Below, piece by piece: positions 16,901 to 27,343 of a stretch of 52,396 bases of DNA. Every line of letters begins with the position of its first letter. Positions within the stretch are counted from its first letter, which is position 1. The stretch lies in the IMG/VR virus record IMGVR_UViG_3300036829_000063, positions 1 to 52,396 of that record; one strand, given 5' to 3'. The notes under the pieces are model-generated. The model had not been told where the DNA came from. It did no database searches and saw nothing but the letters and a program-made list of their open reading frames with translations. The DNA is from a virus (Duplodnaviria; Caudoviricetes). A program made the position numbers and the translations under genes.

Positions 16901-18466
16901 TATCTGGGTGGTGCCAGTGAATGATCCGGCCACCGAGCCCGTGGTCCCATGCGCCACCTGGGCCTGGATAGCCGCGATCGTGCCCGTGTTGACCGTGCCT
17001 GAGCCCGAGCCGTTGGCCTGGCTACAGGCCGCCGTGTAGCCCGCCGGGACCGTGATATCCGGGGGTGTGCCACCAGAGCCGATGCGGTCCGCGCCAAGCC
17101 AGACCAGGAGGAGGCCGTCCGTGGTCGTGGTGATCCCGGCCGCCGTGATGGCGTTGCTGGCCGCGTTGCTCTGGCCAGAGCCCGGGGTGTCGGATGGGTC
17201 AAACGGGTGGGTGGTGCTAGTCACCGGGACCACACCGATAATCGCGTTCCACGTGTGGCTGATCGAGATGGTGAGCGTGTAGCTCCCCGAGGCCGCCGCC
17301 TTGGCCACGTCCGAGCTGTCCGCGATCTTGCTAAATAGCTGGGTGGACTCCGCTGGGGAGCTGGAGCTGTTGGCTGTCTCGGCCGAGAGGCTGTCCGCCG
17401 GGTCTGAGGTCCATGTGTGGCTGGCGAAACCGGCCACGGCCCAGATAAAGATCAGGTCACCGATGGCGCATGGCTGGGCCGGGACAGCCAGTGTCAGGGA
17501 ACCGCCGCCCGTGGTGACGGACTGGCACGAGCGGAGCGCCAGCGGGTTGACCAGCGGAGAGCCGATCGTGGCCGTGGCCGCCACCACGCTGGGAGTGACC
17601 TTTTCGCCCGTGTTCACGATGGCCGAGCCGATGGACGCCACGCACGCCACGACCGCCGGGGTGGGCTTGCTCACCGGGCTGGACGCCCCGATGGACGCCA
17701 CCGCCGCCACGACCGAGGGCGTTACCGTCTCCCCGGTAGTCACCGTGGCCGAGCCAACAGACGCCACGCACGCCACGACCGATGGTGTGGGTGTGGGAGC
17801 TGGTGGTTGGAACACCACCACGGCCCCGGCCAGGAACGCCCCAAGATTGGTGTAGCTGAAAGACTCGGACAGCGTGGCCCCGGATGTGGGGTTGGATTGC
17901 GTCCCGTAGATCCAATGCGCCCGAGTGCTGGTCGTCCCGTTGTCTCCGGTGTTGGTCCAGCCCGAGCCAGCTCCCAGAGTGGACGTGCCCTGAGCGCTCA
18001 GCGCGATGGACGCCGCACCGAGGGCGTAACAACCCGTCTGGGGCACATTGCCACTGGTGGTGACCACAAACGGGCTGGCTGTGGTGCCGGTAGCTGTCCC
18101 CGAAGCCCCCACGGGGGTGGTGGCGTCGACGCCGGCCAGCTCGTGGAGTTGAGCGGACAGCGTGGAGAACGTGGCCGTCCCGGTGTTCGTGGCCGAGACT
18201 GTGGGAGCCGCATCCGAACCGGCCGCCACCTTGCCGAAGTAGGTAACACTGGCCCGGCTGGAGCCCTTGATCGTGAGGAGCTGGGTCCAGCCCGCCGGCG
18301 TGCCCGGTGTCCCGCCGGTCGTGCCGCCCCAGTTGGTGACCTTGCAGACCAGGTAGTTACCGGCCGTCCGGGTCTGGCTGGCATCCCAGCTCGGGGACAC
18401 CGATGGGGCGTTAGTCCCCGAGCTAACCGCTGGCGCTGCCGGTGTGCCGACCTCAGTTACGGACAC
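13901..18466 (-). CDS. Giant Thr/Ala/Val/Gly-rich virion fibre-like protein with an internal PhoD-type metallophosphatase and a lectin-like domain (1521 aa)
   Basis: About 19 copies of a ~22-aa P.VV....(T/S)(I/V)G repeat link four globular domains. The PhoD region (~15600-16830) has an FN3-like GLSAATRYY segment, then TGDFDY, SDHE, FIMVDIR..RS, TMLGATQLAWL, DKWWSYDTER and GDSH. Confidence 0.8.
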   Translation of the reverse strand: MSVTEVGTPAAPAVSSGTNAPSVSPSWDASQTRTAGNYLVCKVTNWGGTTGGTPGTPAGWTQLLTIKGSSRASVTYFGKVAAGSDAAPTVSATNTGTATFSTLSAQLHELAGVDATTPVGASGTATGTTASPFVVTTSGNVPQTGCYALGAASIALSAQGTSTLGAGSGWTNTGDNGTTSTRAHWIYGTQSNPTSGATLSESFSYTNLGAFLAGAVVVFQPPAPTPTPSVVACVASVGSATVTTGETVTPSVVAAVASIGASSPVSKPTPAVVACVASIGSAIVNTGEKVTPSVVAATATIGSPLVNPLALRSCQSVTTGGGSLTLAVPAQPCAIGDLIFIWAVAGFASHTWTSDPADSLSAETANSSSSPAESTQLFSKIADSSDVAKAAASGSYTLTISISHTWNAIIGVVPVTSTTHPFDPSDTPGSGQSNAASNAITAAGITTTTDGLLLVWLGADRIGSGGTPPDITVPAGYTAACSQANGSGSGTVNTGTIAAIQAQVAHGTTGSVAGSFTGTTQITAGLLLGIKAAPIVPLPGTVAQLVAGAPTPSGFGVITKLSGATSVRLAYSTSPSMTSPSFVSAQTPDANGYVTHAVSGLSAATRYYVQAADTPTGGAETLVGPIGSCKTLAASGSPASFTVALAACVAEQDVTSPAQNTAINDLVAWAPDLTIFTGDFDYSGSTATSTDTQRGVYESQIAGIPGLAAMVETTWGYYCRSDHEAGPDNGDSNNAYTAANIAAARQVFPFGTLGDTVNTPVHGLYQSWVVGRVRFIMVDIRNTDRSPGGNTDDGSKTMLGATQLAWLESELVQSEPLKVIISDVAWMGTPTISNGPDKWWSYDTERQAIISYINANRAAVKNLMLWHGDSHLVGYATSAKNTWGGFPVYCAAPLLNTGGGLMQSTFSALYNNTGGEARQYGRITITDTGSVISVNFQGWDATNAVAQVSQTDTFNTTQPSVISCVATIGSPTVGAGSMATPPVVACPASVGSTVVKTGETVTPAVVACVASVPSPAPNTGSKVTPSVVPGVATIGAPTVSATKTALSLNAEGGTNGVTVTAGNSGGASGDAFDSVPIAAGGTFTYSSTQVAEGTLSYHITTDATGEAVYGEYKASIGTQPLWFFTIDLWLSAFPAHNHRVITFVTGASSLAGYIQLTTAGNVQLVNAAAGVMAQLTGTWTAGQWFRVAGFILGDASVGQGELRFYAGKNDGAPAEVHTSAANQNTGGTITAIRPGVGAAVASVDYYWDRLRLTTTAYVDQNASPAVVPAVATIGASSPASIPAPAVVSSVATIGAAAPSTGETAKPGVVASVATVGAAVIQASSTAKPGVVPALATIGAAVVGAASTATPGVVPALATFGTTTPNTGTKVTPGVVPGIATVGNPAPNTGAVANPVVISVSATITTPVVSTITKATPSVVSVTATIGTASPHGGAQASPGVITATATISIPAMHTGSLVQAVVIACAAVLASPTVVAAKPYNPGPWRLGEVHVRWIIGPAHSSGYAAGDASQRWGLGSVHSG

Positions 18467-18502
18467 CGCACGCCTCCCCGGAGCCGGTTAGAGCTGGAGA
18501 GA

Positions 18503-19012
18503 TTACGGGGTGATGTCGATCTCGGTTAGCCCGGTAGCGGACCACTGGATACCGAAGATCCCGGCCACGGTGGAGAAGTCCGCGCCGAAGTTGACCAGAA
18601 TCCACAGCGCGTCCACCAGGTCCGATGGGGCCGTGACCGGATCAGCGTAGATCAGGCACGCGTGGGCCAGGGACAGCGTGGTCCCGGACACAGCGATATC
18701 CGCCATATCCCAGCGGACAGCGCCAGCCGTGCCCTCCGCCACGGTGGGAGCTGTGGATGTGGCACCCGAGGCCGCCGCGCTCAGCGCTACACCACCCGTG
18801 GCCCAGCCGGTCCCGGAGATCTCATTGGTGTTGGCCCAGTTGGGGGTGGCCGAGGAGAAGTTAGCCAGCCCGGACCCGTCCGTGGGTGCGCTGGACAACA
18901 GGCTGATCTTGGCCCCGGTGTCCGTCAACCGCATGGTGCCGGTTGTGAGGGCCGTCCCCTTAAGGAACTCCTGGAGCGTGTGGACGTAGAGCCCGCTCTT
19001 GGTGAATGCCAC
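18503..19012 (-). CDS. Structural protein of the type that precedes long fibre genes
   Basis: KISLL...NEISGTGWATGGVAL...LIY.D...NFG.D motif pattern, ~170 aa, directly upstream of the fibre gene. Confidence 0.7.
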   Translation of the reverse strand: MAFTKSGLYVHTLQEFLKGTALTTGTMRLTDTGAKISLLSSAPTDGSGLANFSSATPNWANTNEISGTGWATGGVALSAAASGATSTAPTVAEGTAGAVRWDMADIAVSGTTLSLAHACLIYADPVTAPSDLVDALWILVNFGADFSTVAGIFGIQWSATGLTEIDITP

Positions 19013-19016
19013 CGGA

Positions 19017-19665
19017 TTACCCTCTCACCGCATCGCCAGCCACCCGGAATCCCGGCTGGCCATGTGCTTCCCTGATCCGCTGGCGGGCTGTCTGTAGGTC
19101 CAAGGCTCTGGCTTGCTCGGCCTGGCGGATCTCACCGTCCATGCTTCCGTCTGCCAACTCCTGGGCCGCCGCGTACTCATCGGCCAGGCCACCGGGATCG
19201 TGGACATGAGCCATGGCGTCCGCGCGGGCCTCGTCCAGCCGCCGGGCCGTGACCAGCGCCATGGGCATGTCATACGGCCCGTCGTCTGTGGGGACGCTGA
19301 CGGTCCGACCAGGCTCGGCCAGCGCCTCGGTGTGGGCCTCAGCAGCCGAGGCCACCCGGTCCACATGATCGTCTAGTGTTACGGGCTGGTCAGCCACGAT
19401 CGGGCCACCTAACTGTCTGGGGAGTCACCAGGGCGTCCAGCCGGTGGCTAACGCCGCTCCCGGGCCTGGAGTGTTCGGTTTGTGAACCCTCCGGGATGGT
19501 GGTGGTCTTGGTCCTGGTGCCATCCTCGGCCGTGGCCGTGGTGACCTTGGGCTTACCCGGACGACCGCCTGGCGCGTAGCTCAGTCCCATGATCTTGTCC
19601 CGGAGCGCTTGGCCCGTCTCACCAGCCATGATCACCATCCCTCTGGGTGCAAATGGTAGCGCCAC
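19017..19665 (-). other. Two small genes heading the fibre operon (19017-19397, 19390-19665)
   Basis: Overlapping ORFs in the same orientation. A GC hairpin lies at 19658-19691. Confidence 0.6.
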
Positions 19666-19708
19666 CGGCCGTGGTCGTGGCCGGTGGCGCTCCGTTGGGG
19701 TGATCTAG

Positions 19709-21114
19709 TTACTTGCTTGCTGGTGGCTTCCCGCCGCCGAACGCACGCCCCAGGGCCGCCATGGCCGCCCCCAACCGGGTCGTCATCACGATGGAGACCT
19801 CCCGGCTAACCTCCGCCAGGTTGGCCATAGCCCACACCGACATGGTCTTGCATCCCGGGCATGTCACCAGAGACGCCAGCGCTGTTAGCTCCGCCCCGGT
19901 TGGGGCGTGGCCGCACGCTGCCTGACCCAGCCACGCATAGTGGATCTTGTCAGCCGTAATCTCCTGGGCCAGCTTTCGCCGCTGAGCCCATGCGGCCCGC
20001 ATTCCCCAGACCTCCCGGGCCGCCATCAGGTCCGCCCTCCCTCGTGTGGGTCGAACAGGGTCACGCCGTCCCGCTTAAACCACTCGTCAGATTCATGGAT
20101 GGCCACATCCCGGAACAGCCGCTTGAGATGGTCCAGCATCCATCCCTCCGCGTGCTCCGGGGCTATGCCATACATCTCCAGATCCGGGAGCGGGTACGTG
20201 TGGACGATGGCGGTAGGTTGCCCGGTGCGCGTGTCCATGGTCTTGACGATCACCCGGAGCCGACACTCCAGATGGCCCAGGATCGGATCACGGACCGCAT
20301 CCACTTTCAGCTCTGTGAGTGGCATCCACGTACATTCCGCCACCAGTTCATCCCACCGCATCGGGCCTCCCCATGGCCTCCAGGACACCCACCAGCGCGT
20401 CCACCCGGTCCCCCACGTAGAGCATCGCGTGGACCTGGGCCAGCGCGCACCCGTCCGCCATGGACACGTTGGCCAGATCCGGGGGTGTGGTGTCCAGTGT
20501 GGCCATGATGTTCCCCGTGATCCGCTCGGCCTCCGCCTTGTGATCTACCCGGAGCGTGGCCATCACTCACCACCCAGCATGGAGTCCACCCAGTCCGGAT
20601 GGTTGACCGCCATGTTTACGGCCGCCTGGATACGCGCCGCCGTCTCCTCGGACCCGATCTCGTGGCCGATGGCCAGCACCAGGACAGTCCGCTCCGGAAG
20701 TGGGGGCCGCTTATCCCCATCCAGGTGAGACGCCTCCAGCACATCCTGTAGCTCCCCGGCCGCCGTCATCAGGCCACGGTCCAGACTCGTGGGCTGGCCG
20801 GGCCTCGTGGGCGTCTCCCACGCCTTGACCAGCTCAGCCAGCCGGGCCTCCACCCACTGGAGCCGGGCCAGCTCACCATCCGCCGCCACCACGTCGAAGC
20901 ACACCCGGAGGAGATTCTGGGCGGAGATCTTGGTCTGGCTCCCGGTAAACCGCATCCCAGCCACCATGTAGGCCGCCGCCACCTGGCCCATCTCCAGCGC
21001 CTCGGCCGTGGACAGCTTCCCGTCCTGGGCCTTGATCAGAGCCTCACCTGGGGTGAGGCTGGCCTTGGCCTTAAGATCCCGAGCGATGCCCTCCAGGACC
21101 GGCTCCCCGGTCAT
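19709..21114 (-). other. Four coupled hypothetical genes (19709-20026, 20026-20361, 20348-20566, 20563-21114)
   Basis: TGATG/ATGA overlaps. The second ends in HESDEWF...FDPH. Confidence 0.6.
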
Positions 21115-22403
21115 CACCCAGCCGCCTTTCCCCGGATCTCCGAGAGGATGGCCATCAGGTCCATCACGCACGTGATGACCTCGGCCTCGTCCATCTCCTC
21201 CAGCATCAGATTCCCAGCCCAGATCTGGGCCGCCGTGGCGTCCTCCGACAGCCTCAGCTCCAGTGTCTTGGGCATCATGTCCATGAGGCCGAGCGCGTCC
21301 AGCAGATCACCCCACTGAGGCGAGATCTGGCCGTTGGGCATCATCTCCCGGATCAGGAGCCGGGCCGCCACCCGGTGGATCTCCTGGTCCGTCATCGCCA
21401 GCTCCCGGATGAGCGCCACGGCCTCCATCGGGGTGAGCGTGAAACGCCGGTCTCCGGGCATGTGGAGCTGGGCACCTGGGCCGCCTATCGGGAGCCCGGC
21501 CCCGTTCACTGGCATGGTGGCCCGGACCGCCGGGGCTGGCATGTGGGGCATGGCGTCATCCGGGGCCATGCCGCAGATCTCAAACTCCCGTTGAGGATCG
21601 TCTATGCCGATTCCGGTCCGCCGCCACACAGCGGCCCCGTTAGCGTCGACGCCAGCTCTCCGGATGGACTTGAGGCACCATCGGCACGAGGTCGACTCCG
21701 GGCCGGCGTGGTGGCGGGCCGCCCCCGGTGGCGGAGCACACGCCAGGAACCCATCCCGGTTGGTCCATAGCTTGTCCTGACGTTGCCAGACTTGCTCTCC
21801 ACAGCCCGAGCATCGCCCGGTGGGAGCCTCGTCAAGCGGGTAATTGATCTGTCCGGCCACCTGGTGAAGTCTCCCCGGTCGATGTGTCAGGCCGCCAAGA
21901 CAAGGCCGCCCGTCCGGGGCTACCCACGGAGCCGCCTCGGATGCGTTCCCGAGCTTGCTCCCCCGGACGACCGCCGTCCCGCATATGGAGCACCGGGGGT
22001 TATCCGAATCCCACGACCGCACCGAATCGTAGAGCTTGCCCCAGTCCACCGTGACGCCAGGGTCACCTGGCGGATAGCTCGGCCGCCGCGTCCGGTACGG
22101 GTCAACGTGGGCCGCCGGGCCGGGGTCCATCACATCCTCCGGGCTCGGCTTCCCGGCCGCCCACGCGCCGAGATAGCCAATGTTGGCGATCGGAACCGTG
22201 TCCACCCACGGGACACCGACCATCATCGGGCCGAGTGCTTCCGGGGCCACATGGGCTATCCCAGCGTCCGGGTTTCGCTGATGCCGATGGTGGGCCGTCT
22301 CCGAACAGTAGAAAGTGCCAGTCTGGGTGTTGGCCCAGTGGCTTCCCGCATCCCATCGGATCAGATTCGCTCCGCACGGCCCGCAGGTCGTGACCTCTAT
22401 CAT
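21114..22403 (-). CDS. Protein with four tandem CxxC...W...C...H putative Zn-binding repeats
   Basis: CGPC, CSIC, CSGC and CRWC units, each followed by W, C and H. ATG follows GGAGAGGAG, with a palindrome at 22425-22436. Confidence 0.7.
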   Translation of the reverse strand: MIEVTTCGPCGANLIRWDAGSHWANTQTGTFYCSETAHHRHQRNPDAGIAHVAPEALGPMMVGVPWVDTVPIANIGYLGAWAAGKPSPEDVMDPGPAAHVDPYRTRRPSYPPGDPGVTVDWGKLYDSVRSWDSDNPRCSICGTAVVRGSKLGNASEAAPWVAPDGRPCLGGLTHRPGRLHQVAGQINYPLDEAPTGRCSGCGEQVWQRQDKLWTNRDGFLACAPPPGAARHHAGPESTSCRWCLKSIRRAGVDANGAAVWRRTGIGIDDPQREFEICGMAPDDAMPHMPAPAVRATMPVNGAGLPIGGPGAQLHMPGDRRFTLTPMEAVALIRELAMTDQEIHRVAARLLIREMMPNGQISPQWGDLLDALGLMDMMPKTLELRLSEDATAAQIWAGNLMLEEMDEAEVITCVMDLMAILSEIRGKAAG

Positions 22404-22447
22404 CGTGGACTCCTCTCCGTAGATCCCCACGTGTGGTCTGTCTAACG

Positions 22448-23780
22448 CTACTCGGGCTGGGTCTCATCCTCATACGGCTGGACCGTCCCGCCTGTGACCT
22501 CCTCACCGTTCACCAGGAGCCGCCACGCCGTACCCCGGTCTCTGGCCATGGCCACCGCGATGATCCGCCCCAGCCGCCACGCCGCATTACCAGCCACGTC
22601 TCTGACTACCGGATAGGCCAGGTCTCCCGCCTGGACCACAAGATCATCATCGGGATACGCGCCGCCGAACTGGGCCAGGAGCGCGTCCATCTCCGGGACA
22701 CCCGGCCGCGTAAGGTCGACTCTCAATCCATCGCCTCAGTCCACCGCCTGAGCCGGGCCTGGCGATCCACGTCGGTGGACGGGAGCAGTATCCCGATCAC
22801 GTCCGCCCGCCCCGTCCGGGGTGAGATGGACGGCCCCTCATCCATCCACCACACGAGCGTCTCCATGTCCGGGAGATACGGGTGGGAGATGTGACCGAGG
22901 TAGATACGCTCACAAGTCCCATCCGGGTACTCCTGGAGGTTCGTCACCACATCCCCCGGGATCAGCCCCATAGGCCGAGCCTTGAGCTTGGCCCCCGGCT
23001 CCACAAACTCAGGATGACCAGACGGCCCCACATGGCTCCGCAAAACCCCAGCAGGTTGGTGCGTCCCATGCACCAGCGCCGCCACGGTGGGAGGCTGGCC
23101 GGTGTCGTCGTCCGTCTCGGTGGGCTCAGCGCCGCTCTGTGGCTCTGAGAGCCGCGCCGTGACAGTTCCGAGGATCGGTGCGAGAGACCGCATGGCCGCC
23201 AGCCCGGTCTGGGTGGCTGAGACCATTGTGTCCTGGAGTCCGGTCACCTGATCCGAGAGCGCCAGGGCCAGCCGGACGAGGATCTCCAGGAGGAGCGTGT
23301 CCGCCTCGGGGTGGGCTCGGTCGTCGCCTCGGGCCTTTATGTGGGTGAGCTGGCTCAGGAGCCGCTCCGCCTCGGTCCGCTCGGGATGCTCGGTCATGGC
23401 GTTCTCCTCTCCGTTTCATGCTGGCCGACGCGCCGCGCGCCGATGTAGGGATGCATAGCCGCTTTGCTTCCGATGCACCAGGGCAAGAGAATCCGGTGGC
23501 CGCTCAGGAGGTCCGCAGGGATGCATGCCCGGATGGAGACCGTGTGCAACCGGAGCCGGATCAGCCCGGCTATGGCTCCCTCCGTGATGACGGAGCCAGG
23601 ACAGATCAGCGTGCAAACCGGGCACTTGGCCGCGTAGCAACCCCTGGCCGCCGCTACCTGGTCCGCCGCCATCACGCGCACCCGGCCACGGTTCTCCTCG
23701 TCCAGGACAGCATCCACGCCCAGCATCGCGTCCGCCTCAGCGTCCGAGATCCATAGATCATCACGCATAGTGCCGCTCAT
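22448..23780 (-). other. Three coupled hypothetical genes (22448-22726, 22723-23397, 23394-23780)
   Basis: Overlapping starts and stops with GAGAGGAG RBS. Confidence 0.6.
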
Positions 23781-24519
23781 CCTCTGGCCACGGGATCATG
23801 GGCCAGTCCAGGGACACACGCTCGGGCTTGCCCTGGCTCCGGAAATACTTGGCCAGGCTAAGGCCCTGTTCTTTGGCCGCTGAGGCTTGCAAGTGCATCA
23901 GGGCTTCCGCCGAGTAGTTAGCCACCCGGCCGTGGGTGTGAGCTATTTTCCAGCCCACCCGCATGGCTGCCAGAGCGTCCGCGCTGGCCTCGTGGGCTCC
24001 GTCGGTCGTCACCCCGTAGTGCCGGCATTGGTCCGTGAGCTTGCGGGAGCCGGGCCGGTACTTGTCCAGGAACTTGTCCAGGACAAACGGGTCGATCACC
24101 AGCGCGCCAGCTCCCAGGACCAGAGGCTCCAGGCCGTGGCGTCTGCATTCCCGGTCCAGGACCGTGAGGTCATAGCGTGCGTTGAAGATCACCAGCGGGG
24201 CGTGGGCTCCGAGGATGGCCGCCACGTAGTCCCGGATCTGGAGTGTGGCGTCGGCCGCGTCCATGCCCTCCCGGGCTTGGGCTGTGGTGATGCCGTGGAT
24301 GTTCGTGGCGTCGGGCGGGATCTCGATCCCCGGGTCGATCCGCCACACTGTGTCCCCGGTGGTGATGGTGTGGCCCTCGGGCCAGCCTCTCCGGGTGATG
24401 GCTGTCTGGACCATCCGGGCATCCTCTGGGTCTGCTCCGGTCGATTCGATATCAAATCCGGCCAGCGGGCCGAGATGCCAGCCCGTGGTGGGACGACTCG
24501 GTGGGCATCGGCTAGTCAT
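23761..24519 (-). CDS. DnaQ/DEDDh 3'-5' exonuclease
   Basis: ExoI FDIESTG, ExoII FNARYDL, ExoIII AHEASADA. Confidence 0.9.
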   Translation of the reverse strand: MTSRCPPSRPTTGWHLGPLAGFDIESTGADPEDARMVQTAITRRGWPEGHTITTGDTVWRIDPGIEIPPDATNIHGITTAQAREGMDAADATLQIRDYVAAILGAHAPLVIFNARYDLTVLDRECRRHGLEPLVLGAGALVIDPFVLDKFLDKYRPGSRKLTDQCRHYGVTTDGAHEASADALAAMRVGWKIAHTHGRVANYSAEALMHLQASAAKEQGLSLAKYFRSQGKPERVSLDWPMIPWPEDERHYA

Positions 24520-25273
24520 CGAAACTCAGCGCTCCCTGTTTGAGCCGGGCCACGATCCGCTCACAGTTGGGCTCCTCCAGCTCCACGGCCAGCACACTGA
24601 GGCCGAGGTTACGGGCCGCCACGATCGTGGAGCCAGCTCCCGCGAACGGGTCCGCCACGGTCCATGGCTGGGTGTGAGCTTTCACCGGCCACATGGTTAG
24701 CCGGACTAGCTCCTCCATCACGTCCACGGGCTTGGCGTGCTGGTGGCCGTAGCGGGCCGCTGGGCCGCCGGGGCCGCCGACTGAGCGGGCTCCGGTGGTG
24801 AGCACCGAGGAGCGTCCGCCGATATCGGTAGGCCACAAGCCAGGCCGTCCCATCAGGTAGACAGCCTCCACGTCGTGGCGGAACCCGGCCACGGCCCCGT
24901 GGGTGCCAGCGTCCGGGGGTTTGCGATAGATCAGGGTCTTACGGGTTGGATATGGAGCCTCCATGCCTACGGCTCCGAACACCACAGCGGGACGGCCCCA
25001 CCAGGCATCCACGGGGATGGTGGTGTCACCCGGGAGCGCCCGTTGTGCCCACATGCCCAAGATGGTGTCCCGGACCTCGGTGTCCGTGTCCCCAGCGATG
25101 GCGTCCGCGCGCTCCTCTGGCATGGACCAGGTTCCGCGCCGCCGCTTAGCCTGGACGCCGTATGGCGGATCGGTCACCAGCACGTCAGCCGCCAGCCAGG
25201 TGGCGATCTGGCGGGCATCCCCACACCAGAGCGTCACCTGGCCATCGTGGTAATACGGGTCCGGGCTCACCAT
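24512..25273 (-). CDS. DNA N6-adenine/N4-cytosine methyltransferase (beta-type motif order)
   Basis: LVTDPPYG, H.HAKP, VADPFAGAGST, AVELE. Confidence 0.9.
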   Translation of the reverse strand: MVSPDPYYHDGQVTLWCGDARQIATWLAADVLVTDPPYGVQAKRRRGTWSMPEERADAIAGDTDTEVRDTILGMWAQRALPGDTTIPVDAWWGRPAVVFGAVGMEAPYPTRKTLIYRKPPDAGTHGAVAGFRHDVEAVYLMGRPGLWPTDIGGRSSVLTTGARSVGGPGGPAARYGHQHAKPVDVMEELVRLTMWPVKAHTQPWTVADPFAGAGSTIVAARNLGLSVLAVELEEPNCERIVARLKQGALSFDD

Positions 25274-26411
25274 TACCTCCGGTGCCTCGGTGCGCGTTTG
25301 GTCTTGGCCTCGGACCGCTTGGGGACATGGGCCGCGCGCCGCTCGGCTCTCTCGATACTCCGGAGCTTCCGCCGCCGGGCCTTGATCATGGCCACAGCAT
25401 CACCGATGAGGCCGCTCCGCCGGGGCTCAGCCATAACGACGCTTGGCCTTGCGGTAGGTCAGCCAGGTGAGCGTGGCCACGCTGGTGATGGCCACCGGCC
25501 ACGAGGCCGCCGAGATCCACACCGGGGATGTGCGGCCCGGGATTGCCGTGGCCGCGTACGCCGCACCGATGGCCGCGAACGCCACCATGAACAGCGTCGA
25601 CGTCACCCACCGGGCATCCACCCAGGTCTTGCGTCGGGCCTTGGCTTCAGCCATTGGACGGCCGCTGATACCTCGGCCGTGCCGGGGGCCGGCTCGGGAG
25701 ATACAGCCTGGGAGCTGAGCGCCGGATGCTGGTGGCCGCTCGGGCCGCGTTCCTGCCCCGGCCCGGTGTCACCGTGTGGTGCCGGTAGCCCTTTTTAGAG
25801 CCCGGATGGCTGGTGCTGGCCGCCGTCCGGAACGTCCTGGCCTTTTCCTTCCGGCTCGTGACCGAGCCACTGGGCCTTGATCCCGCTTCCATGTCTACCT
25901 CCCGATGTTGAGCTTGAGCTGGTGACTCTGGTCTGTCCGCCACTCCTCGTGGCGTGGGGTCTTGTCTGGGAGTATGTCCGGGCTTGCCTCCTCACCCACG
26001 AGCTGGACGGCCACGCCGTGAAGCTCCAGGTCGTCCGGCTCCCGGACCGGCCACATCCGCCGGGGGCTCAGGTGACCCATCGGCCGACCACCACTAGGGC
26101 CGCCATGATGGCCACCCAGACGAGGAGCCAGAGACCGTAGGGCATCCACAACACCCAGATGCCCAGCGCATACGCCCCGAACGCCGCCAGGAGCATGACC
26201 GTGAGCCTCATGTGTTGTCCTTGAGCCAGCGGACACACTCCGCCATGGCCTTACGGTGGGCCGGGGTGAACCGGCCACGGCCGCTGGCATAGGCAACGTT
26301 GAGAGCATGGCGGAGAGGCTCGGGGAGCATCCACCAGTGGGTCCGGCAAGCCAGCTTTCCGTCCGCCACGTTGGTGACCTTGCACTCGGGGGATGGGCAA
26401 TCGTGTGGCAT
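25273..26411 (-). other. Cluster of tiny basic, membrane and Cys-rich genes (25273-25434, 25427-25654, 25647-~25892, ~26070-26211, 26208-26411)
   Basis: Coupled small ORFs: Arg/Lys-rich, two-TM, and a CP..EC...CR.HW protein. Confidence 0.55.
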
Positions 26412-27343
26412 CAGGAGCCCTCCAGGAAATCCACGACCTCATCCCAGCGCTCAGAGCACTGGGTGAGGATGCTCCGCCGCTCCTCTACCTCGGCCACCCT
26501 GGCGTCGAACATGGGCCGGTCCAGCCGAGCCCGGATCTCCCGGTCAATCAGGTCGTCCAGGTAGGCAGGCTGGAGCGCGTCCAGCTCCCAGGACTGGGCC
26601 TCTCCGGACTCGTCCATCACCTGATCTCCCCAATCGGAGATGTAGCCCTCCGCCCGGGAGTCCGTGAGCTTGGCCGGGTTAGGTGGCGGGCTCTGGTCCT
26701 CCACCTGGTCCAGATTGAGCGCCACCCGGACCACCCGGACACTGGCACCGAACCCCAGGAGCCGGTCCTGAATGTCCCGGGTCATGTCCAGGCCGCTGGG
26801 GTCATGGTCTCCCAGATGGATGATGGCCGCCCGCTGGTGGCCGCCATTCAACTCCCGCCGGATACGCCGGGCCGCCCCCCACATCTCCGACTGTGAGACG
26901 TAGCCGCGACAGCAGAACCACGGGACCTGGTAACGCTGGGCCGGACGCTGGACCACGCCAGCCAGGGCCTCCTTTTCCACCCAGACCTCCACGTGCCACT
27001 CCTGGCCCGCCCAGAGGTTCTCCGTGTAGCCACGGGCCGCCGAGTAGATCACGTCAGCCGGGCTATCCCAGCCCACCGTCCGGACCAGGCTCCGGGTCCG
27101 GTCGACTATGTGAAGCCAGTCGATGAGCCCCGCCATCCGGCCGTCGTTGACCGCCGTCCCCAGATTCTTGTATTCACGCTGGCTGTTAGGGATCAGGCCA
27201 CGGGCCACAAACTGGTAATAGAGCTGGCGGAGGGTCAGTTCATAGCCTTGCCGCTCGTACTCCTCACAGATCTGGCGGGCCGTGGCGATGGTGGCCAGCT
27301 TGCTGTCCCGGAAGTTTTCCGCCACGTAGCTGATGCGTGGCAT
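26411..27343 (-). CDS. Topo VI-A/Spo11/JetD-like winged-helix plus TOPRIM protein
   Basis: TLRQLYYQ, VWVEKEAL, RGY.S, LGDHDPSG, WELDAL.P motifs. Confidence 0.8.
   Translation of the reverse strand: MPRISYVAENFRDSKLATIATARQICEEYERQGYELTLRQLYYQFVARGLIPNSQREYKNLGTAVNDGRMAGLIDWLHIVDRTRSLVRTVGWDSPADVIYSAARGYTENLWAGQEWHVEVWVEKEALAGVVQRPAQRYQVPWFCCRGYVSQSEMWGAARRIRRELNGGHQRAAIIHLGDHDPSGLDMTRDIQDRLLGFGASVRVVRVALNLDQVEDQSPPPNPAKLTDSRAEGYISDWGDQVMDESGEAQSWELDALQPAYLDDLIDREIRARLDRPMFDARVAEVEERRSILTQCSERWDEVVDFLEGS

Noticed and set aside
13901-18466. Tape measure protein or host secreted alkaline phosphatase
   Set aside because: Beta/Pro-rich rather than helical, no Tat or Sec signal, and the context is a phage fibre module.
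26411-27343. Wadjet defence system or complete topoisomerase VI
   Set aside because: No SMC/JetABC or GHKL subunit nearby; only the TOPRIM-type gene is present.
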